Below, in pieces: positions 1-13,017 of a stretch of DNA of 64,000 bases. How positions within the stretch are numbered: the stretch's first letter is position 1; the number at the start of each line of letters is the position of its first letter. This DNA is from Lama guanicoe (Eukaryota), in assembly GCA_013239625.1 (NCBI GenBank), contig MU054338.1, positions 1,118,001-1,182,000 of the forward strand. The letters run 5' to 3'. The translations under genes were made by a program, and so were the position numbers. Below the pieces are notes generated by a model, which saw only the letters and a program-made list of their open reading frames with translations, was not told where the DNA came from and searched no databases.

Positions 1-329
1 CTCCCCCCCCACCCCTACCCTGCCCTTGGGATTAAATAGAACAGGCACCTACTCGGCCCCCTCCCCACCTCATACGACAGCCTGGTCCTCCAAATCCACA
101 CCCCGAGGCCCTGCCCCCACCCCCTGCAGCCAGGGTGCTGTCCCCTCTCCCAGGACACACCCTTCCCTGTTCCACCTGACACCATGGTGTAAGCTGAGAT
201 GCCTCTTCCTCCAGGAAGCCTTTTCCTCCATCCCGCTACTGTCACCACCTCCTACAATATTCTGGGAGTCCCAGGGGACAGGGACTCGGTCATCCCCAAA
301 GTGCCTCCCACACAGTAAACGGTTAGGCA

Positions 330-530
330 AGGTTTTACAGGGCATCTCAACTGACAATGATCCCACGACTCTCCAGGGGGCACTACATGATGTCTGAGGA
401 CATCTGTCATTGTCACAACTGGGGGTGCTCCTGGCATTGGGTGGGAGTCAGGGAGGCTGCTCAACACCCCACAGTGGTCAGGAGGCCCCAGACCAAGAAT
501 GACCCAGCCTCAAAGTCTAGGGGGAGACCC
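330..530 (+). mobile_element. MER20-like hAT DNA transposon remnant
   Basis: Resembles the recalled MER20 core (gatgtctgaggacat...ttgtcacaactggggg...ctggcat...gctgctcaacaccccacagtg...agaatgacccagcc). Related copies lie at ~18785-18950, ~30020-30190, ~30440-30630 and ~35503-35710. Confidence 0.6.
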
Positions 531-2954
531 TAGACTAGCAGCTCCACCTCCAGATCTGAGCTTCTTCAGGGAGGAGGCCTGAGACCCCCTAGAAGGGGCT
601 TTGGGGCGGGGGAACAGTCCGGAGATGAAGGAGGTTGGGAGAGCAAGTAGACAGCCAGCCTCTCCTCCACCCCCGCCCCACCTCCCTCCCTCTCCCTCTC
701 GGTATCCAAGGCAACCGCGTCAACATCTCCTGCAGCTTCCAAGTCTTTCCCGGCCCCACGCTGGAGGCAGGAGAGCTCATTCTGGACCAGGGGCTGTGGG
801 CCAGACACAGGGGACTAGAAGACAGCCCGCCCTGCTCCTCTGCAGCTGGGTGGCCCTGTGAAGAGACCCCATTGCCCCTCCTGGCCTCCCTACACCAACC
901 TCTGTGCCAAATGGAGCAGGGATGATGGGGGACCACACTCAGCCTGGCTCCTGCTGTACCTGTTTGCTCATCCGTAAAATGGGGCCAGGCCAGGATGGGA
1001 GTTCGGGTAGAGGTGTGTGTGACAGAACTCCCTCCCAAAGGCCCTCAGGGGACAATGGCTCAGCAGACAGCTAGCATCTAATTAAGACACCTCTTCAGAT
1101 CTGTCCCCAGGCCTGCCCCCAGCAGTGGGCAACACCACTTTAACCTTGAGAGGCCCAAGCCAAGCTTGGCTTCCCCACCTCCAAAACAGGCATGAGAGCA
1201 GCTGCCCCCACTCCTGGGGGTTGGAAAAACCAAAAGATCTTGCCACTGACCCTGGGCAGGGCTTCGTGATCCTGAGGGACAGAGAGATGCTGAATTAGCA
1301 AGCATTAAGCATGAAAGCACCCCAAACCCTCCAGAAACAGCACCAAGGGCGCCTGGGTCCAGGACTCCCACTCCCAGGAGCAGCCACATGCCCCCCAGGG
1401 CCCGGCATCGTTATTAGCAAGGGGGCTTCGGGACAGCACATCCAAAACCATAGGTCTCTCGGGGGGCAAGGCATCAGGGCATGGCGCCCTGCCCTCCCCC
1501 AGTCATCACTGGGACACCCCAACTCAGCCCCTGGGCCTCAGTTTCCCATAGAAACAGACAGTAACACTGACATCTATGTCCAGGGACTTCTTTCTCTCTC
1601 AAGGACTTTGGGGGTCAGCCAACACTGCCTGGGGGCCTGCGAAGGTTCTGAAGGACCCCAGGATACCCTGGGGAGGTGTCCTTTGGGATCCATAGTGGCA
1701 GGTGGCTTCACTGGCTCCAAGAAGTTGGACAGAGTGTGAAAACCCCCAAAACAAAGCACAGCACTGCGGGGTCCAAACCGCTCTCAGGGGTCAGACCACC
1801 CGTGTCTCCGCCACACCACTAGAGTCAACTCTTCTTTTCCTCCACCCTCTCCCCCTGTTCCGACAGCGGGAGCAGGTCCACGGAGCCACGCTGAGACGCC
1901 CTGTTGCCCAACGTGACCCCTCAGGGGAAGGCGGCCGCTGGGCCCTTTATACAGAGAAAAAAAAACCTGAGAGTAGGTCGTGGGCTACAAAGTAGCAGAA
2001 CCACAAAGTCCAAGTGTCAGCCCACCCTCTCCTGGCCTCTCAACCAAGCCCCACCTTCTCCTGCCCTAGCCCCACTCCAAGAGAGAATTCCCAGGACTGA
2101 TGGGGGACCCCATGAGGAAAACGAGGGAGGACCCACAGGAGGAAAAAGAGGGGGTGACAGTGAGAGGGCGGCCGGCGCTCCCTGCTTCCAGGCTACCCTG
2201 GCGCCCCCACCCCCACCCCCGGCTGAGATAAGACGTAACCGTGTCGCTGAACCGCTCCCCCAGCCTTCCTGGCTCCCGCTGCAGGTTGAGGGGAGCAGCA
2301 CGCAGGGAAAGACGGTGAGAGCGTGACACCCTCAGGGGTCCCCCTCCTCTCCAGACTCAGGCTCTAACCCGCACTCCCAACCCCGCCCTCTGCCTTATTA
2401 AAATACAGAAAAACGGGGGAAAAACGTGCAGGGCACCCCCGCAACCTGGCCCCACACCAGGCGCCCCGCTGCCTTCTCGGGTGAATCTTTGCGGCCACCT
2501 CGGAGGCGGCTCTGCGGTTCCTCCTGCCTTTCTACACACAGACCAGGAAACTAAGCCAAGGGAAGACCAAAACCTCAAAGCTGCACGCTTCAAACACGCT
2601 GCCCACCATCCAGGTCCGAAACCGATGGAAAAGAAGGGAAATGAGGCCGAGGGGGAAGGGAACTGCCCAGGAGCCCCATCCCGCACGCGGATCCTGCACG
2701 CGGACCCCACCGCGCTCCGCGCCCCTGTCGCTGCCTCCGCGCCCGCCATCCATCCGCTCGCCGCCCGACCGCGTGGCCGCCACGCCCCCCGCGCGCGCCC
2801 CACCCACCAAGGCCCCGCCCTCTCGGCCGGCGCGGCGGCAGCCCGGGCGCGCCCCCCTCCCCGCCCCCGAAGCGCCACGCAGTTTCGGGGTCCCAGCGGG
2901 GGAGGGGGCGCGGGAGGCCGCCCCCGCGCGAGCCAGGCGCGTGGTCGGACTCAC

Positions 2955-3329
2955 CTGTGTGCGTCCGCAGGTGCGACTTGAGGTGGGAGGATTTGTAGTA
3001 CGCCTTGGCGCAGCCTGGGAAGGGACAGCGGTGACTCTTGGCGGCGGCGGGCGCGGCGCCGGGGGCGCGGCTGGAGGACGGAGAGGAGGCGGCCGAAGAA
3101 GAGGAGGCAGGCGAGGCGCCCCCCGGAGCGGCGCCGGGCCCTCCACGCAGGTCGGCCAGGATGCTGGCGGCCAGCAGGTGGGGCGCGGCGGCGGCGGCGC
3201 CGGAGCCCAGGCCCGGGACGGCGGGGGCCGCCGGTGGCGGCCCCGGGGACGGTGCACCACGGCGCCCGAAGAGATGGCCATGAGCACGTCGGCGGCGAAG
3301 TAATCCACACACGCCACGGCTGCCGACAT
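2955..3329 (-). CDS. KLF16: Krueppel-like factor 16, coding exon 1 (SIN3-interacting N-terminus plus zinc finger 1); frameshifted in this assembly; exon 2 lies left of the window
   Basis: ATG at 3329 gives [28 protein letters not shown] different frame gives [15 protein letters not shown]...[29 protein letters not shown], ending at donor CAG|GTGAGT (2955/2954). Confidence 0.93.
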
Positions 3330-3436
3330 GCCAGGCAGGGGCACGCGGCGCAGGCCGAGCGGGCGGAGCAGAGGCGGCGGGAGAAGCGCCCGTCCGGCCG
3401 GCGGCGGCTGCTAGAGTGCGGGAGGAGGAGGAGGAG

Positions 3437-3788
3437 NNNNNNNNNNNNNNNNNNNNNNNNNNNNNNNNNNNNNNNNNNNNNNNNNNNNNNNNNNNNNNNN
3501 NNNNNNNNNNNNNNNNNNNNNNNNNNNNNNNNNNNNNNNNNNNNNNNNNNNNNNNNNNNNNNNNNNNNNNNNNNNNNNNNNNNNNNNNNNNNNNNNNNNN
3601 NNNNNNNNNNNNNNNNNNNNNNNNNNNNNNNNNNNNNNNNNNNNNNNNNNNNNNNNNNNNNNNNNNNNNNNNNNNNNNNNNNNNNNNNNNNNNNNNNNNN
3701 NNNNNNNNNNNNNNNNNNNNNNNNNNNNNNNNNNNNNNNNNNNNNNNNNNNNNNNNNNNNNNNNNNNNNNNNNNNNNNNNNNNNNNNN
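3437..3788. other. Assembly gap (352 N) in the KLF16 5' UTR/promoter
   Basis: Run of N, preceded by a (GGA)n tract. Confidence 1.
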
Positions 3789-6479
3789 CGCCCCCAGAGC
3801 TCGCCCCGCCCCATCCCGACACGCCCCTCCCTCCTTGGACGGCTCCGCCCCCTGGCGCGCCCCTCCCTGTTCGGCGCGCGTCCCGCCTCCTCGCGGGCTC
3901 GCCCACCCCACGCTAGGGCGCGCGGCCGGCGGGAGCCCGCCCCTTCCCCGGACGCTTCCACCCTGGCCCGGGCGCGCCCCAGTTCTCGGTGGGGGAGGGC
4001 TCCGCTCCCCACGTGGCCCGGTGGGGGTGCGGAAGCGGCCAGCCCCGCCCCCCGGCCACGTGCGCGACCCTTCCCCCTCTCCTCTTCCCGAGCCTGGGGC
4101 CTTGCTTGACCGCACGCCCCTGCATTCCTTTTTGTAAGGATCCCCTTCGCTCTCCCGGAGACCCAGGGGGCCTAACCCTCTGGCGGAGTCGAGCGAGCCT
4201 GCGCTCGTTCCTCTTTTTGCGTCCCACTCGGGAGTCACTAGGTGAGGAGGACCTGGGTCACAAAGGGCGTGCTCGGGGTGCTTTGGCGAGGCAGAGTATT
4301 CCGGTCCTTCCAGGACCCGGGGTCGGGGACACCAATCCTCAGCGCCGACTAGGAATCTTTGGGGCCCGAAGGGGGAAAGTGGGGCCTTGCCAAGCCCCCG
4401 AGGACGTCCAGGCCACGTTATTTAATGTCGATGACGCCGGGGACGCAGATGCACGGGGTCTGCCCAACTCGCAGGCCTGAGGTGGCGGGCGCGCGGATGT
4501 GGGGCGATGGGGTGGCTCCTCCATTGCGACCACGCCCCCGCCCCTTCGTAGGCGGGCCACCGGGCCCTGCAGTGGCCGGAGCGGCCTCCAGGGGGCTTTC
4601 TGCACGGGTTCCAGGCTGCTCAGTGACCTGCCCTGGGCTAGGTGTAGACAGCGACCGTGACTCTAGCCCAGACCCCACTGTGGGACTCTATACTCACCCT
4701 CCCCACTTGCCACGCCTCCGCTGATATGACCTGGTTCGGCTCCTCTGTCCCCAGGCTGGCCACTGCCACTATCCCGTGGGTCCCCTTGGTCTAGGCCTGA
4801 CCATCCATGGTGCTCGCTTGTGCCAGCCCCATCTGGGGTCCCTCCCTCCCACGTGGCTGGACAGAGTGAGGGAGAGGGGAACTTGAGTACTGACTTCAAG
4901 CTGCGGAGATGAAATGCAGCGCCGACCTTTAATAGGTGAGCCCACCTGGGACAACCACTATTAAGGTGGGCACTGGTGGTCAGCATTCCTGCCGCCCCGG
5001 GCCCCTAGTGCCTTTGAAAGTAGATCTGGGAGGCTGGACCACCCGGACAGGGCCCCACCCTCCACCATCTCAGCAGCTCACAAGGGCCTCAGAATCTCCA
5101 CCCACGGGGCTTGCCCCTGTGCCTGGCCTCTCCCAAGTCTGGACAAGGCAGGAAGTGCTTTGCAGGCAGCCCCCCCACAGACCCCCAGCTCACCTCCAAC
5201 ACGTGGGGAAGAAGCAGGGCAAGAGAGAGGGCAGGACCCTTTGTACAGTCCTTCCACTGATGTTACTGGGCCCAGAGCAAGATCCTGGCAGTGGCCCTGA
5301 CCTGCAGGGGCTCACAGGCTAGGGCAAGGCAGCTGGGAGTCAGAGTGGCACAGGAGGGTGGGCACAGGCCTGGCAAGTGGAGGAAGTGGGGGCTGCATCC
5401 TAGAGGTGGCTTCACCTGGGGCCTGAAGTTCAAGGGGGCAGCCGCAGGGAGATGGGGTGATAACTGAGCAGAGGCGGAGCTGTGGCAAAGTAGAGGTCAG
5501 GACACTGCTCTGGCTGTGCCGGACAAGCCTCATGACCCCAGACAAAACACTCCCTTAGAGCCTCAGGTGTGCCCCCTCCCAGAGACCATCAGGGCCTTGG
5601 ATCTGTGCTTCCATCTAGGGGTCATGCTGGCCAACCTGCAGGCAGGAGACCCCACGTGGGGGGCCCACACCCCACCCACAGTGTTTCTGTTCACACCTTA
5701 GCCCCAGAGGTGCCTGGGTGACCCCCTGCTCACCTCTGCCTTGTGTCTTGCCACCCTGTCCTCATCACAGCCCTTCAGGAGTTGTCACTCCTGTTTCCGA
5801 GATGAGGAAATCAATGCTGGGAGAGGACCCAGAAGCAGCCCGTGTGCACAGCTGCAAGACAGCAGAGGGTTTGGGGGCCTGAGCTGTCCCAGCTGGGTCC
5901 CCCCATGGTGGTCAGTCCCTTCTCTCCAGAGCCCAGTTTCCTCACCTGTAAGTGGGGGCCCATCTCCATCCTTCCCTTCCAGCACCGTCCCCCCCCTAGC
6001 AAGAGAGACTCTTGCTAGGTCACAGGGCCCACGGAGCCAAGCTGGCGAGGGACAGACAGAGGTGTGGAAGGGACGAGGGCTCAGGGCGAGAGCATATGGC
6101 CAGTCTCCTGGGGTGCAGGCGAGGAGAGGGCAACATAAAGTGGGGTGTGCCCACAACACGGGCGCCCTGGAGGCCTGGTCAGGCCACAGTCAGCACCGAG
6201 GCCGGTGTGCATGTGTGGAGCTATGTGCAGACATGCTGAGATGGCCAAAGCTTTCCTTTTTTAAGATAGTGAAGCTTTCACTCTTCAGTAGTTTTCACAG
6301 GGCTTTCTGCATAGCTCAACCTTTTTAAAATCCACATGTATTTATGACTTTTATTTTCTTTAAATGTTAACACCTATTTAGGTAATGCAATTATAGGCCA
6401 TGGGCCCTTTCTTTACTTTTCTGTATGAAAATTTATTTTCTAAATAAATCCCCACCTAGTGTGGGCTGGGCTGAGGACA

Positions 6480-7400
6480 GCAACCTGCCTGTAGGGAACC
6501 CTGGGGACCCCACCTTAGCCAGGTAGTCAAGGTCAACCTCAGGGTGATGTCCTCAGGGTGTCAGGGCCCCCAGTGGAATGCGACCACCTCACCTCAGTGT
6601 GCTCTCAAACGTGCAACCCTGGTCTGATCATGAGAAAGCCTCAGACAAGCCCAGATTAGGGGACAGTTTACAAAATACTCCCTCCCCCAAAAACACCCTA
6701 CCAAGCTGCCAAGGCCATGGAAAACAAGGGGAGGGCAGGGAGCAGCGTCACGGAATTTAAGAGACTAAGGAGGTGTGATGGCTGAACACCGTGCGGGCTC
6801 CTGGGTTGGATCCTGGGGCAGAAAAGGACGTTTCTGCTGAGCCAAGAAACCAAGTCTGTAGCTTGTGAATGGGCAGGTACACAAGCTGGGTCTTGGTTTC
6901 GACAAGGCGCTCCCCTGAGGGTCACTGGGGCAAAGGGTAGAGGTGTAAACGCCATGTTGGTGCAAGGTGAACACTTGAAAACAAACGTGAAGAGCGGAGG
7001 TGGACATCATATAGTAATCACCGCACTGAGATCCTAGCAGCTCGCATCCGAGCCACCACCCAGACATTCACCACTTTGACCCAGCGATTCTGCTCCTGAA
7101 GAGGTACCCAGAAAGTGTTCGTGAGGAAGCAGGTGTGTCTGTGTGTGGCTGCACCGCTGAGATGGATGGACCTGCACGAGTGCAGGCGCATCCCTGAGCT
7201 CGTGCCGTGGGAGGCCCAGGACGCGGCCGGGGAGCAGCTGCAGCCCACGGGGAGGCACGCACGTTCCCGCTGCAAAGTTTCCCCGAGTTTCCACCTGTGT
7301 CTGCAGTTCATTAGCCCCTCACCCCTCGTGGAGCTGCTGCTCCAGCAGGATCTTCTACTTTGATGATAGAGCATTTTTTAAAAATGGTGCACAAATAATA
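6480..7400 (+). mobile_element. Ancient L1 (L1MC/L1MD-like) 3' fragments
   Basis: Contains tgatcatgagaaagcctcagacaagcccagattaggggaca, ggatcctggggcagaaaaggac and tgacccagcgattctgctcctg, typical of old L1 3' ends. Confidence 0.5.
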
Positions 7401-9549
7401 CCCAAAATAAAATTTTCTAATCAAAACAATCTGTGCACATTTTAAATGATCTGTAACCCGTCCGTGTTTATTCCTGAGGGGTGTTAGATGACTCCCCATG
7501 GTCCGGGCGGTCCGTTACACACAGTAGGTGCAGCCGGCCCCAGGCCTAGCCAGTTGGTGGGCAGCTGGCCCCCACAGAAAGCACCAGGCCCCCCTCCAAG
7601 CTGCTGGGGATAACCCAGAGCTGCCACCCCTTCTCCAGGAGGTGGTGGGGTAGGGGCAGGATCCGGCCCGAACAAGGGGAATTACCTTGACTCCTTGGCT
7701 GGCCAGGATCACCTGGAAAGCAGTGGCTCAGAGTCACTGTTCAGACAGACAGCCACAGTGGGGGTCTGATCTGCCATGCTCACCAGGGCCACCCAGGGGC
7801 CTAGCCTCCCCCGACCAGCCCCCTTCAAGACCCTCTCCTGTCACGAGGGTCAGGGCGCTCTCCTAGACTCTGCAAGCTTCAGAGAGCCCCAGAGCTCTGC
7901 TGTGACCACGGCTAGGCAGGTTTCCATCTCACCTGTGCATGTGCTCTGGACACACATGTAGCCCTGACCTGCATCCCACCCCCCCCCCGAGCCTGGTCCT
8001 GGGGTCCACTGTCTGGCAGGGGCATGCCTGTGTCCCAAGAGGGTTTGAGCCCTGGGAAGCCAGGGCCTCAGCCCAGCCAGGGTGCCAGGGCACCTTCTCC
8101 GAGGGCAGCTTGGCCTGAGCCATCTCCCCTGTGAGCAGGGACAGTGGGGACGGCGACTCCAGCAACCCAGGATTGTCACTGTCCCAGAGACCGACCTGGC
8201 ACATGGCAGAAGCTTCGAAACTAAGGAAGGGGTACTCTGATGTTGAGCTGGCACCCCCACGTGACGGGGGTCCCACAGCTAACAGGTCGGCCCTGTACTC
8301 TGATTGTGAACCAGACAGGTGTCTGCCCTGAGGGAGTGCCCACACCTTAAATGGGGTGCCCAGGACACTGAAGGGCGGTACCCCGTCCCTAGGGCCCATC
8401 TCAGATCTGGGCCCCGCAGGGCCATTGCTCCTCACAACCAGGGCCACCATGGGCAGGGAAGGAGACTGAACTCCCCGATTCTCTCCTGGAATCTCTGGGG
8501 GCCCCCAGTTCACATGCCAGAACCAGAGGGGTGGGTTCCACCAGCTCAGCTGAACGGGTGATCAGTGAAGCAGGGTGCCTGGGGGGAAGGAGGGGAGGAA
8601 GGCTAGACCAGCCCTCGGGTTTTGGGCCCACAGGAAGTCCAGTCTGGGCTCCACGGGTATCGAGCCCCAGGAAAGAAGCTCCGGGTGAAGGACACATGTG
8701 CGCCCCAGACCCACCCTCTGGGAGGGGCCCAACCAGCTGAAGCCCACTGCCCCTGCCACAGCCACACACCCTGGGCAAGCTGCGTCCCCTGGGGTCTCTG
8801 GTGTCAGGGCAATGTGCCTAAGCCACGGGAGAGAAACCAGGAATCTGCTTCTGGGACCCAGGGCCCACACCTGAGCTTTGCCAGTAAGGTGTCCAGGGGA
8901 GGACCCAAGGTGCCGGTGAGCTGAGGGGGCCCGTGCCAGGGGAGCGCATGCCCGGGCATCTGCTGAACAGCAGAATGCTGCTGGGTGTGAACATACATGT
9001 GTCCTGGAAAATTCACAAAATGGAGAACCGAAAGTTGGCCTCTGTCCCAGGCGGCCTGGCCCATGGGCTGTACCAAGTGGAAGGGAAGGGGGGCACATCC
9101 TGGAAGATACCAAGATCTTCCCCCAATCACTGCCCTGGTGTGGTTCCCCAGAGGCTGCAGGTGAGCCCCTCCAAGGCAGCCCACATAGGAGAGGGGCGTC
9201 CCCACAGAAGGGCAGAGCTGCGGGCCGGGTTGGCCTGACAAGCGCCTGATCCACAGAGCCTGCCTTAGTTTACCCTTCACATGCAATGGGCAGGCGTAGG
9301 AGAAAAGCAGGGGTGTGGGGCTCCTAGGGTGTCAGCCTGACAAAAGCCACGCCTCAACAGAGGTCAGCGCCGGGCCCTGTGAAGATCCAAAGGGGCAGGC
9401 AAAGACAAGTTTTCTTCCACCAGAGTGCCTTGTGGAACTAGCATTCCATGGAATACGTTCAAGTCATTGAATATTTATTAGGGCAATTTTTTCTTGACTC
9501 AGATAAGGGGAGACGGGCCTCTGGACAGTCAGTAAAGAAAACAGCCAGG

Positions 9550-10740
9550 TTCCCACTAACTCAGATGGCAGAGTCTAGAAACAGACCCATAGGCACAGGG
9601 GGCTCAGTGAGGGATAAAGGTGGCATTTCAGTGGGGGAAAGAAAGGCTTTTTCGGGAGATGGAGTTGGGGCAAATGACGTGGAAAAAAGCAGTTTGGGTT
9701 CCTACCTCACCCCTTCCCAAAAGTCCTTTCTAGAATTAGACCCAACATTTAAGTACCTATTTGAAAAAGAAACCATTACATTTTTGAAAGAAAACATCAC
9801 ATTTTATCATCTTGGAGTAGGGAACACGTGTCTGAGCACGGTACAAAATGTAGAAGCCATAAATGATAAAATGATGACAATTTTAAATGCTGGAAATAAA
9901 TAAATAAATAAATAAATAATAAATAAATAAATAAAATCAACAAACAAAAACTACAATCCAAATCAAACACAAATGACTGACTGGAAAAAAGTACTTTTTT
10001 TCCTAACAGACAATAGGCTTAACTTTCTGAACATGGAAAGAGCTCCTCAGAAACAGTAACAGCCACAATCCAGCAGAATAAACGACCAAGAATGTGCTAT
10101 ACAGATGGCTTTTAAATATACACATATTTGTAATAAACAAATTTTTCTGGTTTCAAAATGATATTAGTGATAGAAATGACCAACATAATAAATCTGACAG
10201 AAGCACTGAGGTGTTTAATTATACTACTGGGAAACACAAATCAAACCTCAATGAAATACTATTTTAACAGATCACATACCCACTCAGGGATCTATGGAAG
10301 GCCCTTTGACTTCGCCCTTCTGCACTAAGGAATTCAACCCACAGAGATCCTCCTACTTGGGCAGAAAGACATTTGTACAAGGATCCTGACCCTAGCATTG
10401 TCTGTTACAGAAGACTGGAAAAAAAATTACATTTCAACCAACAAAAAACAGGACGAATAAATTATAGTGCTAATAAAAAATGGGGCAGCCACAAGGAGGA
10501 CTGAATCCAATCTAGGCGTGGGAACATAAAGTTTCCAAGCCATGTTTAGTAAGAGGATCACACTTTAGTGTAAACTCATTAGATACACATGCACACTTTC
10601 TCTGTTGAAACCGAAGACACTGCTTTCTCTCTGCTCTAGGGGACGGGAACCAGGCCATGGAGGTCAGGGGTGGGAAGACACTGCGTATTCACCCCATACT
10701 CTCTTACGCTCTGAATTTTTTACTCTGTGTGTGGGAAAAT
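9550..10740 (+). mobile_element. Ancient L1 (L1M-type) ORF2/3' fragment
   Basis: A-rich island within GC-rich DNA, with L1 motifs (gagtctagaaacagaccc, ataaaggtggcatttca, cctacctcac, ggaaagagctcc). Confidence 0.55.
9895..9936 (+). repeat. (AAAT)n microsatellite
   Basis: About 10 near-perfect AAAT units. Confidence 0.95.
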
Positions 10741-11149
10741 ATTTTTGTCCACTTGTAAGCCGGTGGCTTTGAACTTGCTGCATTGCTGAGCCCGGCTCTC
10801 AGGGAATTCACGTTCTGATGAGGTGAAGACAGTACGCTCTATGACGTCAGCACCTGGGGTCAGTGGGAGCACAGAGTAGGGGGTCAGGGCGGGAGGGGCG
10901 GGGTTCTTCTGGGAGGAACTACTGCAGCAAGAGACTGAGATGACTCAGAATGTCGAGAAACGTTAGCCATGCTGAGGGGCATCGGCAAAGACAGGGACAA
11001 GACCGGGAGGTGGTGAGGGCACGCCGGTCAGAGATCAGCCTGTGCAGAGGCCCGGTGGGGAAAGGGGCAGGCGAGAGAGGGGGCCCTGATGCTCTCTGTT
11101 CCCGTGAGCGCACACCCACGTTCAGTTTTATTCCCAGACGTCCCGTACT

Positions 11150-11850
11150 ATTGAACACGACCCGAGACTCCCAGCAAGGAGGCCCGTGGAACTCGGGAGG
11201 GACGAAGGCACGGCCGCTTCCCGCCCACCACTAGGCCGGGCACCGTCCTGTGTTAGAGTCGGCGGGTCGGGACTCGGGGGCCCAGGCCGGGTCCGCCCAG
11301 AGAGCCCAGGATTCTGGCAGGCCGTCCTGACGTGCCCCGGGGCCGCTTTAAGCTCTTCGAGCGCCTCAGTCCCAAGTCCCAGCTCTCAGCGACAAAGAGC
11401 ACCGCGGAGCCAGCTACCGGGCGCGCAAAGCCGCCGCGCGGACGCCGAGAGACCCCGGCCTCGCCCGACTCGGCCTCAACGCTGACAAGGACCCACGCCG
11501 CGTCGGCTGTCCGCTGCGCGCGCCCCACGGCCGAGCGGCGGCAAGGGCAGGGCCGGCCGGCCCGGGTGCGAGCCGCCGCCACTTACCGCCGAGGCCCCGG
11601 CCTCCTCGCGCTCCGCTGCCCGCCACGGCTGCCGTGCGCGCGCCCCTCCACTTCCGCTTCCGCCCCCGCTGCGCCCCTAGGCGTCGTCCCCGCCCCCAGG
11701 CCGAAGCACCTCCCCCTCTTAAAGGGGTCGCAGACCCAGAGGGGCAAACGCGAAAGCAGCTCTGGGTCCTGTCCTCGCCACTGCCTAGTGCCACCACACA
11801 CGCCAAGCCGCCGCCCGACCTCCAAATGGATGACAGGCCACCGTCTCTGA
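11150..11850 (-). promoter_or_regulatory. CpG-island promoter with putative non-coding first exon (donor at 11587/11586)
   Basis: CpG-dense; tandem ETS-like cttccgcttccg at 11651-11662; GC boxes; minus-strand GCG|GTAAGT donor. Confidence 0.65.
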
Positions 11851-12556
11851 GGCCTTCCGCACTCTAAAGCACTGCCCTTGTAGGTCGCAGAGGGTATTCT
11901 AGGGACCTGGCGTCCGCCAAGTGTCTGGGGAGACCCATGCCACCCCTGTCTTCAAGAGCACCCCGGGAGTTGAACACAGCTCAAACGAAGGCCCCGTGGC
12001 GTCTTGCAGGAGGGATCCTTATGACCCCAGCCCCAGGATGGATCCCCATTCCTGGGGAGACCCCACAGGGCCTCGTACCTGCCACTGCCCTCCCCTGGAC
12101 CCAAGCACCCTCGCTGCAAAGACCCTCTTGACTTTGTGCAGGGGCGTCACCGACGGGAAGGGCAGCCCTAAGACTACACAGCGTCCCCATCTACTACATG
12201 GGTAGGGAAGAATGCCTCACTGGGGCCCCAGAGCAGGCCCAGCCTAGACCTGCTGCGGCCACTCCCAACCCCAGGGTCGTCTTGAAAACAGGGAGCCCAT
12301 CAACCTCCCCAGGCAAGCCCTATGAGCAGGCAGGGTCCTGGATTCGAAAGCTGTCGCCCCTCCATCACCACTCAGACAATCGGCAGCCCCAAGGACCCGA
12401 ACCCCACCCATCTTCTGTAGAGGGTGAGCTGACATCTACAATTGTGATGAACTTTGCTGAGGGACTGGGGACAAAGCCCGGGCTGCTCTTCGGGCTGGCT
12501 GAGCCCCAGGGAAAGCACGCGCCGTGAAAAGGAGAGGAAACTTAAAATTTTAAATC

Positions 12557-12562
12557 TTTAAT
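12557..12562 (-). terminator. ABHD17A: ABHD17A polyadenylation signal (ATTAAA)
   Basis: tttaat on the plus strand, ~230 nt after the stop codon in an AT-rich patch. Confidence 0.7.
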
Positions 12563-12791
12563 TTCTGTTTTCACGTTCTTCCTCGTTTTGCTTCCAAAAG
12601 GAAATAAGAGCATAGCTCCGTCACCTGTACATTGTCCACGTCCCCTGGGCTGGGGTAGGTCCCGACCCCTACCTGCCGGCTGCCTCGAGGGCGTGGGGCA
12701 CCCAGGGGTTCACATGCAGCCCCCGGGACCGGGGCAGGGTCCGGGCGCCGCCTTATTGCTGAGGTCCCGGCGCGGCTGGGCGGCCGCTAGG

Positions 12792-13017
12792 TTAGGCACG
12801 CTGGCCGGGCAGCTCCTGGGAGATGAAGCGGCGCAGGCGCTCCAGGTACTGGCTGTAGAGCTCGATGTCGTTGTGCCCGGCGCCCTCCACCCACAGAGGC
12901 TCCACGGCCTTGGGGCAGCGCTCGTACAGCGCCAGCCCGTGCGAAAAGTCAATCACCTCGTCCTCCGTGCCGTGGATGATGAGCACCGGCGACGTGATCT
13001 TGGACACCTTCTCGATG
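12792..13017 (-). CDS. ABHD17A: ABHD17A last coding exon (catalytic Asp and His; TAA stop)
   Basis: [74 protein letters not shown]; acceptor cgcag|C; 226 nt. Confidence 0.97.

Larger units (their letters stand above)
2650..4600. promoter_or_regulatory. KLF16: KLF16 CpG island and promoter
   Basis: Very high CpG density with many GC boxes (ccccgccc) around exon 1 and upstream of it. Confidence 0.85.

Noticed and set aside
2590..4238. Very long ORFs (270-438 aa) spanning the KLF16 island
   Set aside because: They run through the N gap and stop-poor GC-rich DNA; only the KLF16 segments resemble a real protein.
7115..7363. 82-aa CpG-rich ORF that might be an exon or retrocopy
   Set aside because: GTG start, no recognisable homology, and it lies within decayed L1 3' sequence.
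8345..8354. Canonical CArG box CCTTAAATGG upstream of KLF16
   Set aside because: A single degenerate 10-mer is expected by chance in 64 kb; no supporting context.
9448..9903. 151-aa ATG-initiated ORF
   Set aside because: Overlaps an old L1 ORF2 remnant and ends in an AAAT microsatellite.
11621..11634. 14-nt exact match (cgccacggctgccg) to the KLF16 start region at 3312-3325
   Set aside because: Does not extend on either side, has no ATG, and is plausible by chance between two CpG islands.
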